A DNA stretch of 64,000 bases, from assembly GCA_016748015.1 (NCBI GenBank), contig JAAOMT010000276.1, positions 62,001 through 126,000 on the forward strand. The letters are read 5' to 3'. The translations under genes and the position numbers were made by a program. Below, in pieces: positions 8,828 through 23,709 of the stretch (the stretch's first letter is position 1; each line of letters begins with the position of its first letter). Origin of the DNA: Geosiphon pyriformis uo1. Lineage: Eukaryota; Fungi; Glomeromycota. The notes beneath the pieces are model-generated. The model was given only the letters and a program-made list of their open reading frames with translations. It did no database searches and was not told where the DNA came from.

Positions 8828-10980
8828 CTATTAGCTAATATGTTTTTTGGTGTAAGGTAGCTTTAAAATTCTCTTCAGTGATTGTTTTTGTTGAGTAGGA
8901 TAGTATTATTTATTTAATTGGTAATGTAGCTTTTTTTTCATAAACTAGTTTGAATGGTGTAAACTGAGTTGTATTTTGTTTTAATGTTTGATATGCAAAG
9001 AGTATAAAAAGTATGAATAAGTCTCATTCTTGTTCATTTTCATAACTTATTTTTGCTAAAGCTTTACACAGTGTTTGGTTAAATTGTTCTACCAGTCTGT
9101 TTGTTTATAAGTGATATGATAACAATAAAAGACATTTTATTCCAAACCATTGACTTAATTCGGTTAATGTATTATTGACAAAATGCATTTTTTGATTGAA
9201 TAGCAGTTTTTTCAGGCATCTGTGTCTGCAAATTAGATCTTGGTATACAAACTCAGCTATTGTTTAGCATCTGCTACTTGGATGGCTCTGGCTTCTGGCC
9301 ATTTTGTCAAGTAATTTATAGCTACAGCAATATAACAATTTTCTTTGGATATTATGAAGAGAGAACTAACCAAATCAATCCTAATTCTATCAAATAAATT
9401 TCCAACTGGAATGGGTCAAAGTGGTTCTGTTGTTCTGGCTCCTTCTCTTTACTGACATGAGTCACAATTAAGCATGTATTCGAAAATGTCTTTGTATATT
9501 GTTGGCCAATAGTATAAATTTAGGATTCTTTCAAAGGTAACATCTTTGTTGAAATGTTTTGTAATGGAATCAAAATGCATACTATGTAATATAGTTTTTT
9601 TTTCATTGTTTTTGATAATTTATTGTGAGGTGGAGTGGTTTCAGCATTTTTATTAATATAGTTGGTTGTCTTGAATAAAATAATTTTGGGCTTGTTTTTG
9701 TATGATACTTTGTTCCTGTTAAGATAATATCTTCTTGAAATGTAGTGTTAATAGATACTGATGTAATCAGTAATAATTGGTTGTGTCCATAAGTCTGGGA
9801 TTAGGTTTGTGGCATTCTTAACAAACTGTTGGCATTGGTGTTTTTGGATCTTTCCTTGTAATAAACTTTGAGTGAGAATTGTTGCAAATAAGTACTCCAT
9901 CTTGCATATTTTTTTTCTAGTTGTGGATTGTTGAGTAATCAAACAAGTTCCTTATAATTAATATATAGATTAAAAAGCAAACTGAAATAATGTCTCCATG
10001 TCTATATGGCTCAATAAATGACAAGACATTTTAGATCTGTTGTGCTGTAATTTTTTTCTGCTGGACTAGTGTTGTAACTGGCATAAGCAATTAGATATTT
10101 TCTATTGTCTAGTTTTATTTATAATAAGACTGCTCCTAAGGCATTTTTCGAGACATCTGTAGTGACAATAAACTATTTAATAAAATTTGGGTAAATTAGG
10201 ATTGGATATGTGATCAATCATTATTTAAGATAGTTAAATGCTTTCTGTTGGTTTTTTTTTCATAGATACTGTATGTGTTTGGATAACAACTGGTGAAGTG
10301 GTTTTGTGATAGTCAAGAATCTTTTGATAAATTGTCAATAGTATCCTGTTAATCCTAAAAATCTTTGTAATTCTCTAAAATTAATTGGAGCTGGAAAATC
10401 TTTGACTTTTTGGATCTTATTTGGGTCGGATTTGACTTTATTTTTTCCAATTATGTGTTCCAGGAATTTCAACTCAGTCTTTCTAAAGAAACATTTATCA
10501 AGATTGAGTTTCAATCTAGCACTACGAAGACATTTAAAGACTTACTAAAGATGAAACAAATAATTGTCAAATGTTTCTAAGAAGACATTGATGTTATTAA
10601 GATATACTATGACTGATTTCTATAAGATTCCTTTGTACACAATATTCATAAGATGCTGAAAAGTAGCAGAAGTATTATAGAGTCCAAAAAGCATTATATT
10701 GAACTCAAAGTTTTTATCTTGGGTAATAAATGCCATTTTTTCTTTGTTTTTGGAGTCCATTTTACCTACTAATATCTACTGGCTAGATCTAATAATGAGA
10801 ACCATTTTTTGTTTTCTAAATTGTTCAGAATTTTTTAAATAAGAGGTGTAGGGTAACTATCTCCTCAAGTGATACTGTTTAGCTTCCAGTAGTCTACACA
10901 AAATCTTATTTTCTCATTTTTCTTAATGACCAGAACTATTAAAAAGGACCAAAAGCTTAGTAATTCTTTAATCAAGCCAT
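8828..10980 (-). mobile_element. Older Gypsy fragment (element 0: RT-RH-IN), host of element 1
   Basis: Decayed KIRFCVDY, RH and IGIDLV/KWPEA; removing element 1 restores the integrase reading TY*LI|ETL with bases 1-12; cut off at 10980 by the next LTR. Confidence 0.9.
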
Positions 10981-11951
10981 TGTTACCAGTAGAATTTTAG
11001 CTATTAATTAGCATGAAATTACCCTTATAATTTCTATTATTAATTAGCATATATTATTATTATTTCAATTATTACTTATTATTTAATCAAATTATTAAAT
11101 ATCATTACTTAATCAATAATCTGAGTTGTATCATAGAAATTAAAATGATCAAATTACACAATATTTTGAACCATTTAATATAGTCAAAATTCGCCGAAAT
11201 TAATGAAAATTGGCCGAAATAATTAATAGTTTAGTGAAATAATTTGTAATTTGCCAAAATGTATCTTTAGTTCACCAAAATTATAGCAAAAAAAAAGTAC
11301 AAGTTTAAAGACTAGTATTACAACAAATTGTATAAAAAAAGAGCTTTTCTCTTCAAAAAAATGTATCTTCTCATAGTATCTTACCATAACATTCTACTTT
11401 AAATATCTTAAATTAAAACAAATCATTTTTTACATATCTTAAATAAAAATTAAATATTCGAAAACCAAATTCTTAAATTATTACACTTGAAATTCTCTCA
11501 ACACAATTAACATTTTAAAATTGATTAGCTACCAATTTCAATAAACTGTTAGTGACTCTAGATCTGGATAAAAAACGGTTTTCTTGACAAAATTCTATTT
11601 TTTTTACATTTTCTTTATTTTTCTTTTCTTTTCTTATCATAATCATTAAGATAGCCTACAGACAAGATTTCTGTAGAGGAGTTGACTTTTACAGTAAAGT
11701 AACTACATATTTTAGTGAGCTTCCAGACAAGCAATTCCTGGAAAAGAGTTGATGTTTACTACAATATAACTACATAAAGTAACTGGCACAGAATTGGCCA
11801 TTCTACTTATAAGTTCAGCAGTTTAAATTATAGAAAATAATTTGAAATAAATTTGGTTATTGAAGGTTCAATTGCTTCCAGAAAACAAAAAATTAGCAAC
11901 AAACAAATAGTAACAACATTCAAGAAAAGAAACCAAAAACCTTTAGTAACA
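10981..11951 (+). repeat. 5' LTR of element 2
   Basis: TGTTACCAGTAG...AGTAACA; repeated at 19887 and 22784. Confidence 0.93.
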
Positions 11952-11989
11952 TTTGATGCTTTTCCATGGAAATAACACAGCAATAACAA

Positions 11990-14900
11990 CTTTAAAGTGG
12001 CAATCACATCAGACACAACAAATCTAGAGTATTGTTAATTAATTTACACTCACTGCAAACAAAGATTCAACATCCCAAACAAAATTGAAGTTATCAAAAA
12101 ATCACTATACCAATATATTAAAAACTGCATCAACAATTATCTTTTTGGAAACCACAATATTTTAGAAGTTAAAAGCAACTTCTACAATAATTTATTATAC
12201 TATTTACTATTAAGAACTAAAGACCTTAACAGTGAAACACTTGTCACTTACTTTCAAGAACTTAACTTTAGCATTATTCAGTATTGTGAAAAAAAATATC
12301 CAGTACAATTCAAATACTCTCTTAACTTTGAATCAAAAACAGAAACAAGCAACAAAGACAAACAAAAAGTGAAACAATACTCAAAAACTACTCCAAACAC
12401 TCTAATACCACCAAAAACAACTGCCAAACATCTGCAAACACCTGAACAAGGAACCAGTGTCAAATTACCACTTTCTATTACACCATTTCTAATTTTACTT
12501 GTTTGACCACAAACACCAAATTTACCACTTATCTGTTTCTTCAGACCAAAAAATTTTCAGTCACCTAAAAATTTTACTCAACAGCAAGAACCAATATCAA
12601 CCAGCACCAATCTTTTTGATTACTTACAAGAAAACAAAAGTAATCATTCAGAGAACTTAGAAAGTAAAAAAACTAAATCAGAATCAGAAGAAATTACAGA
12701 AAATGAAAAAGAAATAATAATTGTGTATATTGCAAAAATCTCAGAATTTACTGGTGAAAATAATAATACCAGCTCTTAAGAATGGCTTAACAAAGTCCAG
12801 AAAGCAAAAGATGCAAATGGATAGAATGCAGCAAGAATGCTCAAAACAATCTTATACTTCCTTCAAGGAACTGCAGCAGAATAATTTGAAAACTTAGAAA
12901 AACTCTTTGAAAACTGGCAAGCATTCAAAAATGCTTTCCTGCAACAATTTATTGACAATAACACTTTTATTATTCTTTAAAATTGCTTTTCTAATTCAAT
13001 TAAGAAACATTGGAAACTGTCATGAGCTATCTTAGAAAATTCAACAAACTCCTTTAATGAATTCAACAATTAGAAACCAATGAATACTATTCCAATACCC
13101 AGATTTTGGATTAATTTATAGCAGGATTAAAAGACAAGTTAATCAAAAAAGTTTGCCCACATGCTTCAGAAGATTTAGCAACTGTCATTAGACATGTAAA
13201 AAACTATGAAATAGCAATGGAAGAAGCAAATCATATCAAACTTGTGAATCTTGTTATTGGAAAAACCAGCTTAACAGCTAAAAAAAAATTGAGCAACTTA
13301 CAAAGAAAGTTGAAAACTATTTTACTAACTAACAATAACAACAACAAACACAAAGATATTAGCCACCACAATAATAAAACCAAAACAACTACCCATTATC
13401 ATCTAACAATTAAAACCAAAGTTGTCACTATTGTGAGATTTCAGGACATTGGAAATGAGACTGCAAAAAGTTACAAAAAGACCAACAAAACAGGAATAAT
13501 TAACATTACTCTTCAACACAGCAATCTCATTATCAGCCTTTACTACCAGCCTACTATTCCCCGAGATCTCAACAGCAAAACAATTATTATCAGTCTGCTC
13601 TATAGTAGCAATATCAACAACTTATACCAATCCAACAGTATCAACAACCACCTACACAACAATATCAAGTACCAGTCCAAAGATTGGTTCAATACAACTA
13701 ATTTATATCACAAAACCGTTTTTCAATAAACAACAACAAGATCAACTCAAACAACCAGTTGGTTTCCTAAAATTCTGGTCAGCAAAAATCCAATCACTAC
13801 CACACTTAATCCAGTTATTTTACAATGCCTGAAGGATCAGATTTTCAACAAACTGCACTTTCTGAAGGTGAAGTTGCAGTATCAAGATCAAACTCTTCCA
13901 ACAATACTATTCTACCAGCCCAAATTGTTCAAAATACCAACCTTTCAGATATATTTTCATTCGAATTTGAAGCAAATAAATCACCATTCTTACTTAATAA
14001 TGCAGTAGTCAATGAACAAAAAGCAATTACAACTATGTATACTGAAGCTGAAGTAAAAGGAAAACCAATTTGGTTAATCTTAGACAGTAGATTAGCTGAA
14101 AGTATTATTTCCTATTAATTAATATAACAGCTTCAAAGAACTGTTAACAGACTAATCCAAACTGTAATTGTGACTGCAGATGGTATAAAAAAGACTCTAG
14201 TAGAAAAAATTAACAACTTTCTATTTACTATTGATGGAATCACCATTCCAGTTAAAGTTCTAGTTATAGATGCACCACAATACCAAGCTTTTGTTGGAAA
14301 TAATTGGCTTCTCAAGACCAATACAAATTTAGATTGAGAAACCCAGAAATTAAAAATTTCATACCAAGAACAATACACCAAAGTACCTGATATCTGTGAT
14401 ACTTTTAATAAAAAATCTGAAAAAGCCCCAGTATTTGAATTTGAAGAGAAGAAAGAACTACTAATCACAGAAATCTTTATGGCTCTTGAATCACCATCTA
14501 ATTGGGCTGAAAAAACAGAACAAAAATCTTTGAAAAGATCAAAGAATAAAATATAGTTAGATATTCTACACTGGAACTACAGAAACAACCACTTTACATC
14601 TCACTTAAATGCAAAGATTATAAAAAAAAACTTTCATCAATAAGAGCATATATTTCTCCAGAAGGAGAATATGAAACTTGCACCTGCTACTTTTGCAAAA
14701 CATGTCATAGAAAACGATTTGGATATCCCAAAAGAAGTGAAAAATGGGACAACACTTCTTGCTTTACATGTAGAGATATACTATCAGAAAAATACAACTG
14801 GATTGATATTGCAATAAGTGGAGGAGTATGTGATTAAACCTGCTAATATGCATTATCAATCTCAAAAAAAGTCAGAAGAGGAACACCCTTTGATGCAGCA

Positions 14901-17605
14901 TACAACAGTGCTTTCAACAAACTCTACTACTACCTTCATAATGCTAAAATAATCTTTGATTTAGCAATAGCTTTAATTAATAAAGTCATATAGAAAGATG
15001 TTTGCCAAATAAAAGAAGCTGAGTACATTAAATACACAATAAAATTAACTGAATTCAACTATAAAAATAAAGTAGAAACATATTACCAAATTGCAAGCCA
15101 CACTTATCCAACCTAAAAAGCTCAAATTCAACAATTAAAGCAAATGAACATTCAATTGTGTAAAGAATACATCATGCTTTGTGATAATAAATAGTGTCCA
15201 GAATATTATGTTCTTAGTATTTTCTTACCCAGCAAAGATGATCAGAAGAAAATTAAGTTTGAAGAACATAAGCCAGAAGAAAAAATTACAACAATCTCAA
15301 TTTATCTTACTAAAAACCAGCCTGATATACAATTTAAATACTTTGACAACAATAAAAAAAGAATAAAACCAAAAAAAGTCCATGAAATTGATGCAAAATA
15401 TGACCTAAGATATTTTGGCAAAAACACTTTGGTTCTTCAACCAAAATCTTTAACCAAAATCAACCTCAGAATTGCTTTTAAAATACTACCAAAAACAATG
15501 GTACAAATTACTTTCCAATCATTATTGGCAAGCAAAGAAATTAATGTCAGAGGAAGAGTCATAGATACAGAATATACTGGAGATATTATTATTATGCTAC
15601 AGAATGAAACAGACAAATCATTTAGGATTACACATGCCAAAAAAATTGCTCAAGCAATTTATCTACTCTTAATCAACATTTCAGGCTTACAATCAGTTAA
15701 CAACAGAGAACAATTAAAAAAAAGTGAAAAAGGAACTCAAGGTTTTGGTTCAATTGAACAATTTACAATTTTAGTAAACATAACTCTTAATACACAGAAT
15801 GAATCTCACCAAATTCTTCAACTTCTCCAACCAATTACTATTTCACCTTTTGGAGAACATCACGAAATTTACACTTGTTCAAAACCCATCACTACTCAAC
15901 AAATCTTTGAATCCAATAAACAAATCTGTTCACAGCATGAAATCTCAATCCCAAATGTTTATATTCTCAAAGAAATGAAGAATTTTTGAGTTACATTCTA
16001 TATCCTAAATAAATATCCTATTGTTTTATTAAATAAATTAGAGATTGGAATCATACATAGCAATATCTTTCAAGATAAAAACTCTTAAATTGTCTCTAAT
16101 TTCATCAAAATTGTAAGACATACCCTACTTCCCAATCCAAACATCATCCTTACTATTGAAAGCTACCACTTTTTAGAAGAAAAACTCTCTTGAATTAACA
16201 TAGATCTCTTAGAACTCTAACAACAAAGACAACTGAAATAGCTAATAGCTGAATTTGCAGATATATTTGCAAAAGACAACAATGATCTTGGAAAAACTGA
16301 TATTGTTCAACATTAGATTCATACAGAAAATGCCTCATCAAAACAATAACAAGCCTATCAAGTTCCACCTGCCAGCCACCAATTTATCAGAAAAGAGGTC
16401 CAAAAAATACTCAATAATGAATTAATCCAATTATCAAAAAGTTCTTGGATCTTATCAGTAGTTTTTGTCAATAAAAAAATGAAAAAATCAGATTTTGTGT
16501 AGATTATCATCAATTTAACAGTATAACAATTGGAGATATCTACCCCTTTTTAAGAATTGATGACATGCTAGATGCTCTAGAAAAAGCCAAGTTCTTCTCA
16601 ACTTTAGACTTAGAAAATGGATATTGACAAGTCAAAATGAATCCAAAAGATTGACCCAAAATAGCATTTACCACCCAAGAAAGAAACTATGAGTTCAATG
16701 TTATGCTTTTTGAATTTTGCAATGCACCAGCAACATTTTAACAACTCATGGATGTTGTATATAAAGAATTTTTATGGCAATTAGTAATTGTCTATCTTGA
16801 TGACACTGATGTGTACTCACCAAGTTTTGAAGTTCATCTTATTTACCTACAAGAAGTTTTTTAATGATTATGAAAAGCAGGATTAAAATTAAACATTGAG
16901 AAGTGTTACTTTAGAAAAACAAGTTTAATTTTTCTTGAATATATTGTTAGCAAAAATGGAGTCAAACCAAATCCTGAAACAATCAGTGTTGTTAAAAACT
17001 TTCAAACTTCCAAAAATACCACAGAATTATGAGGATTTGTAGAATTAGCCTCTTATTATTGGAAATTTATCAAAGGATTCTCAGAGATTGTCAAACCACT
17101 CAATTATTTTACCAACAAAAATGTGCCATACCAATAAACTGAAGAACAACAAAAAGTCTTTGAAACTTTCAAGACAAAATTGACAACAGTATCAGTTTTT
17201 GCTTACCCAAACTTCAACAAATAGTTTCAACTAGCCACTGATGCTTCACATATAGCATTTGGTATCATCCTTTCACAATTGAATAAAAATGGCCAGGAAC
17301 AAATCATTGTTTATGCCAGTAGAACACTTAAACCAACAAAACTCAAATATGGCTCAACTAAATTAGAAGCTGTTGCAGTTATTTGGGCTCTTAAACACTT
17401 TCAACAATACTCGAAGAATGGAAAAAAATTTGATATCATAACTGACAATATTGGTCTCAAATGGCTCAATAAAAAAAAAACTAAACAAAGTGCCAAACAG
17501 TCTCAATGAAATGATTTTCTAGCAGATTACAAATATATTGTGTACCACAAATCAGAAAAACTACACACCAATGTTAACAGCCTCTCAAGAATGAGACAAG
17601 ATTAA
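11990..17605 (+). pseudogene. Element 2 Gag-PR-ZnF-dUTPase-RT-RNase H polyprotein remnant
   Basis: ORF pieces 13217, 13825, 15429 (KIAQAIY, KGTQGFGS), 17279; CHYC..GHWK.DC knuckle; ends LSRMRQD* at 17603-17605; start approximate. Confidence 0.9.
15340..15760 (+). pseudogene. dut: dUTPase domain of element 2
   Basis: DAKYDLR, GRVIDTEYTGD, KIAQAIYL, KGTQGFGS. Confidence 0.88.
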
Positions 17606-17662
17606 CACCAACAACAATTCCACCACAACTTACCAACTTACCAACAAAATAACAAAACAACA

Positions 17663-19030
17663 ATAGATCTTAAAAATTATAACAATTTTAAAAACTATTT
17701 GGAGACTCTTATTATGCCAGAAAATTGGTTTTTAAGTAAAAAACATTGATTACAACACCAATTAAAACAATATTTTATATACCACAACAAAATTTATTAT
17801 AAAAATTGCCAAAACCCAAACCAACCACTCAGATTAGTACAAGAAAATGAAAAAAAAAAACAATTCTATACAACATGTACACAGATCCTTCTTCAGCATA
17901 CTTGGGAAGAGATAAAACAATTCAAAGAACTTTTGAATGTTATTTTTGGCCTCACATGCAAAAAGACATTTAACAATATGTAAAATCTTGTAATAGTTGT
18001 CAAAAAAGATAAGGAACTTGCCCCACAAAATCTCTAAATCCAATCAAAGTTGGAAAATTTTTTGACAGAGTTAAAATTGATTTAGTTGAACTATTACCTA
18101 TTACAACCCAAAGAAATCATTATGTTGCAGTTGCAGTAGATTATTTTACCAAATGGCCTAAAGCTAGAGTCATTCAAAGAGCAGATGCAAAATCAGTAGC
18201 AAATTTCATTTATGAAGATATTATTTGTAGACATAAATGTCTAATTGAACTTTTATCTGATCAAAAAACATATTTGTAAACAACCTAATATAAAAAATTT
18301 GTGAACAATTCAATGTCAAAGGACCTTTATCATTATCTTATCACTCTCAAACAAATAGACTTGTAGAACATTTCAATAGAACATTGTGTGAATTTTTAAC
18401 CAAAATCTTAACAAATTTTAAGTAGGAATGAGATATCTTTATTTTATTAGTGTTACTAGCTTATAAAATACTAAAACAAGATATTATGAAACACACACTA
18501 TTTGATCTTACTTATGAAAGAACAGCAATATTACCAATTAATTTCACAGTAGAAACATACTTAATGCAACCAATTAATGAAAAAAACTTTCAAAAAACAC
18601 TTCAAAAAAAAGTCTACACTCTCCTTAGTACATTAGAAAGAAAAAAACACATAGCAGCCACTCATATTGAATACTTCTAAGCCATACAAAAAGAAGAACA
18701 TGACAACAAATTGCCACCAGTTACCAACAAATTTAAAGTTGGAAATAAAGTTCTCTTACACAGAACTAAAACTGAAAAACAATGGAGTGGAAAATTTAAA
18801 CATAAATAGAATAAACCATTTTATATTCATGAAATTCTAGGCAATAGATCATACAAGTTAAGACTTAATGAAAAAATACTAGCAAAAGTTGCACATAGAG
18901 ACCAATTAAAACACTATCATTCCTGAACTATTAATTCTACAAATTGGTATACAGTTTCTTTTAATTAATCTTGAAAATATTCCCCGAAATTTAGAACCAA
19001 TAGTTATAATAAAACAACAATCAAACTTGA
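17663..19030 (+). pseudogene. Element 2 integrase
   Basis: IDLVE, VDYFTKWP, VEHFNRTL, PRNLEPIVII; start codon eroded from ATG to ATA. Confidence 0.88.
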
Positions 19031-19205
19031 ACACTTCATTTAATATTTTTCAATAACCTCTTTAAAATACACAAAACATAAAACAAAAATAGTAAATAAT
19101 TACAAGAAACATTTAAACCCAAAAACAAATAAAAAAACTCTATACCCAAAAATAATTTTCTTTATTCTTTTTTTTTCAAAATTTTATTAGTTAATCATTT
19201 TTATC

Positions 19206-19852
19206 ATGATTATTTCTCGAAATATTCAACAAATATCTCAAAAATTAGCCTTGAAAACACTTTCTAACTTATCCATAACAATTAATAGAAATCAAATTAA
19301 TTACATTCAGAAAGAAACCACAGCTCCAGTAGTAAATAATTCTCAAATTTAGTACCTTTATAAAAAAAAACAAAAAATCACTCTGAAAATCAGTTATCAG
19401 AACTGTTGATGCAAGCACTAAAAGAAAACCTTTTAATTGTTCCTATTAACATTCCATCAAATACCACAATACAACAAAAACTTCTACTATTTCTTAATGA
19501 ACAAAATAATGAATATATCTTTATCTATAGATATTTTTATATTGGAAAAGCACTTTATGAACAAAAACTGGAACTTGAAGCAACAAATATTATTTCTGAA
19601 GTTATATAAAAACTAATTTACAATGAATTCAAGACAGCAGCTGAACCAACAAACACTTACTATAAACTTAGAGTAGTATTCAGACTCTATAATTTATTTA
19701 ACACTTGTAAAAACGTCTTATAAAATCCAATACTTCATTCAATAAAAATTCAATACATTGGAAAGCTCACAGAACTGAAATTTTAACAATTTTCAGACCA
19801 AATCACTTCAATTATTTTGGACTACTATCTTAACATTACAGATAATACTTGA
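19206..19852 (+). pseudogene. Element 2 ORF3
   Basis: MIISRNIQQISQKL..ITIN..YFYIGK..RVVFRLY..IGKLT; includes ORF 19406..19609. Confidence 0.75.
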
Positions 19853-19886
19853 ACTTCAATAGAGCTCAGTCTTGAAGAGAAGATTA

Positions 19887-20857
19887 TATTACCAGTAGAA
19901 TTTTAGCTATTAATTAGCATGAAATTACTCTTATAATTTCTATTATTAATTAGCATATATTATTATTATTTCAATTATCACTTATTATTTAATTAAATTA
20001 TCAAATATTATTACTCAATTAATAATCTGATTTGTATCATAGAAATTAAGATAATCAAATTACACAATATTTTGAACCATTTAATATAGTCAAAATTCGC
20101 CGAAATTAATGAAAATTGGCCGAAATAATCAATAGTTTAGTGAAATAACTTGTAGTTTGCTGAAATGTATTTTTAGTTCACCAAAATTATAGCAAAGAGA
20201 AAAGTACAAGTTTAAAGACTAGTACTACAACAAGTTGTATAAAAGAAGAGCTTCTTTTTTCAAGAAAATGTATCTTTTTATAGTATTTTACTATAGCATT
20301 CTACTTTAAATATCTTAAATTAAAACAAATCATTTTTTACACATCAAATAAAAATTAAATATTCGAAAACCAAATTCTTAAATTATTACACTTGAAATTC
20401 TCTCAACACAACTAACATTTTGAAATTGATTAGCTACCAATTTCAATAAACTATTAGTAACTTCAAACCTGAATAGAAAATGGTTTTCTTGACAAAATTC
20501 TATTTCTTTTACATTTCCTTTATTTTTCTTTTCTTTTTTTATTATAATCATTAGGGTAGCCTACAGACAAGATTTCTGTAGAAGAGTTGACTTTTACAGT
20601 AAAGTAATTATATATTTTAGTGAGCTTTCAGACAAGCAATTTCTGGAAAAGAGTTAATGTTTACTACAACATAACTACATAAAGTAACTGGCACAGAATT
20701 GGCTATTTTACTTATAAGTCCAGCAGTTCAAATTATAGGAGATAATTTGAAGATAAATTCGGTTATTGGAGGTTCAATTGCTTTCAGAAAACAGAAAATT
20801 AGCAACAGACAAATAGTAACAATATTCAAGAAAAAAGACCAAAAACTTCCAGTAACA
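19887..20857 (+). repeat. 3' LTR of element 2
   Basis: Colinear copy of 10981-11951, preceded by a purine tract. Confidence 0.93.
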
Positions 20858-23709
20858 ACACTTAAAAAGAAATAGAACAATTCAAAAAATATTTAAACAT
20901 TATTTTTGGTCTTATATACAACAAAATATTTAATAATACATAAAATTTTATAATAACTATTAAAAAAAAAGAAACTTATCTCATTAAATCTTTAAATTCA
21001 ATCAAAATTAGACAACTTTTTAATAGAATTGGTATTAATTTAATTAGATTATTACCTATTACAACTAAAAAAAACATTATATTATAATAGTGGTAAATTA
21101 TTTTATTAAATAGCTTAAAACTAGAGTTATTTAAAGAGCAAATACAAAATTAGTAGCAAATTTTATTTACAAAAACATTATTTGTAAACATAAATGTCTA
21201 ATTGAACTTTTATTCAATCAAGAAACATATTTAATAAACAACCCAATACAAAAAATTTGTAAAAAATTCAATATTAAAAAACCATTCTTATTATCTTATT
21301 ATTCACAAATAAATAAATTTATAGAATGTTTTAACTGAATATTATGTAAATTATTAGCCAAAGTTTCAACTAATTTTGAGCAAAAATGAGATATTTTTAT
21401 TTTATTAGTGTTATTAATATACAAAATACTAAAACAAAACACTATAAAACACATATTATTTGACTTAACTTATAAAAAAAGTGCAATATTACCAATTAAT
21501 TTTATTGTAAAAACATACTTAATACAATTAATTACAGAAAAAAACTTTTAAGAAACACTTCAATAAAAAACATATATTCTTTTAAGTATATTGACAAAAA
21601 AGTGACAAATTATAATTATATATATTAAATATTTTTAAGCCTAACAAAAAAAATAACATAATGACAAATTGCCACAAGTTACCAATAAATTTAAAGTTAA
21701 AAATAAAGTTTTTTTATATAAAACTAAGGCTAAAAAACAATAAAATAGAAAATTTAAACATAAATAAAACAGATTATTTTATATTCATAAAGTTATAAAC
21801 AATAGATTATATAAATTAAGACTTAATAACAAAGTTTTAGCAAAAGTTATACATAAAAATTAATTGAAACACTATCACTTTAAAACCAATTCTGAATTAT
21901 TAATTCCACAAATTGGTATATATTTTTTTTTATTTAATTTCGAAGACATTTTTTAAAATTTAAAACCAATAGTTGTAATAAAACAACAATAAAATCTGAA
22001 TATTTAACTATATTATTATAATAATGTTTTTAATAATAATACATAAATAGTAAACAAAAATAATACATAATTTTAAAAAATACTCAAACCAAAAACATAT
22101 AAAATCTCTATACCAAAAATATTTTCTCTTTTTTTTTTTAAATATTTAATTATTTTATCATAATTATTTTTTGAAATATTTAATAATTATCTTAAATGTT
22201 AATAATAATATTAAAAAAAACTATAGCTTTAATAATAAACAAATTACAAAGCTATTATCTCTATAAAAAAAATACAAAAAGTTATTCTGAAAGTTGTTTA
22301 CTTTAAAGCAAGCTTTAAAAAAAATTATTTTATTTGCTTTTATTAATATTTTACCAAATATTACAATTTAATAAAAACTTTAACAGTGTTTTAATAAACA
22401 AAACAATAATTATACTCTTATTTATTGATATTTTTACATTGAAAAAACATTTTACAAACAAAAATTAAAGCTTAAAACAACAAATCTTATTTCTAAAATA
22501 ATATAAAAACAAATTCACAATAAATTTAAAACAATAGTTGAATCAACAAACATTTATTATAAACTTAAAACAGTTTTTAGACTTTATAAATTATTTAATA
22601 TTTGTAAAAATGTTCTACAAAATCTAATACTTTAACTATTAAATATTTAATATATTGGAAAGCTTACAAAACTGAAATTTCAATAATTTTTAGAACAAAT
22701 TATATCAATAATTTTAGACTACTATCTAAAAATTATAAATAATACTTGAATTTTAACAGATTTTAGTTTTGAAAAAAAGATTATATTACTAGTAAAAATT
22801 TGAGATATTATTTAACATAAAATTATTTTTATACTTTCTATTATTAATTAATATATATTATTATTTTATTTTATTATTTATTATCTTATTAAATTATTTA
22901 AATTACTATTTAATTAATAATTCAATTTGTACAATATACAAATTGTGATAATCAAATCACACAATACTTCAAACTATGTAACATTTAAAAATTTGCCAAA
23001 ATAATTAATAGTTTACTGAAATACTAAATAATTTATAAAAATAAATTGTAATTTGCCAAAATATATCTTTAGTTTGATAAAAAAAAATACAAATTTATAA
23101 ATTAGTATTACAACAAGTTATATAAAAAAAAACTTTTCTTTTTAAAAAAAAAAATTTAGCTAAAATTTATCTTTACTAGAAATATTTTTTTTAGTATTTA
23201 TATAAATTATTCCAATAAAAATTAAATTAAAAACAACAAATTTAAAATTATTTTGCTTAAAATATTCCAAATTTTAACTAATATTTTGAAATTGATTAAT
23301 TATTAATTTTAGTAATTTATTAATAATTTTAGATCTAAACAGAAAACAATTCTTTAACAAAATTTTTTTTTTACATTTTTTTTATTTTTTTAAAAAAAAT
23401 ACATTAAAATAGTCTATAAATAAGATTTCTATAAAAAAGTTGATTTTTATAGCAAAATAATTATATATTTTTAATGAAATTTCAGATGAGTATTTTCTGA
23501 AAAAGAGTTGACTTTTACTACAAAATAACTATATAAATAATTAATACAGAATTGGTTATTTTACTTATAAGTCTAATAATTCAAATTATAGGAGATAATT
23601 TGAAAATAAATTCAGTTATTAAATATTTAATAGCTTTTAATAATTGAAAATTAACAACAAAATAACAACAACAATATTTAAAAAAAAAGACAAAAAACTT
23701 TTAATAATA
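20858..23709 (+). mobile_element. 3' half (IN, ORF3, LTR 22784-23709) of an older, more AT-eroded copy of the element 2 family (element 3)
   Basis: Colinear with about 17897-20857 but with many more C>T and G>A changes. Confidence 0.88.

Larger units (their letters stand above)
10981..20857 (+). mobile_element. Ty3/Gypsy LTR retrotransposon (element 2), decayed, dUTPase-bearing
   Basis: LTRs at 10981-11951 and 19887-20857; degenerate PBS at about 11952-11970; PPT at about 19874-19883; gag, LILDS protease, dUTPase, YLDD RT, RH, IN; flanks CCAT and ACAC do not match. Confidence 0.94.

Noticed and set aside
10981-23709. A single three-LTR tandem element with TSD CCAT/ACAT
   Set aside because: The third unit starts mid-integrase, is much more eroded, and its right flank is LINE rather than element 0
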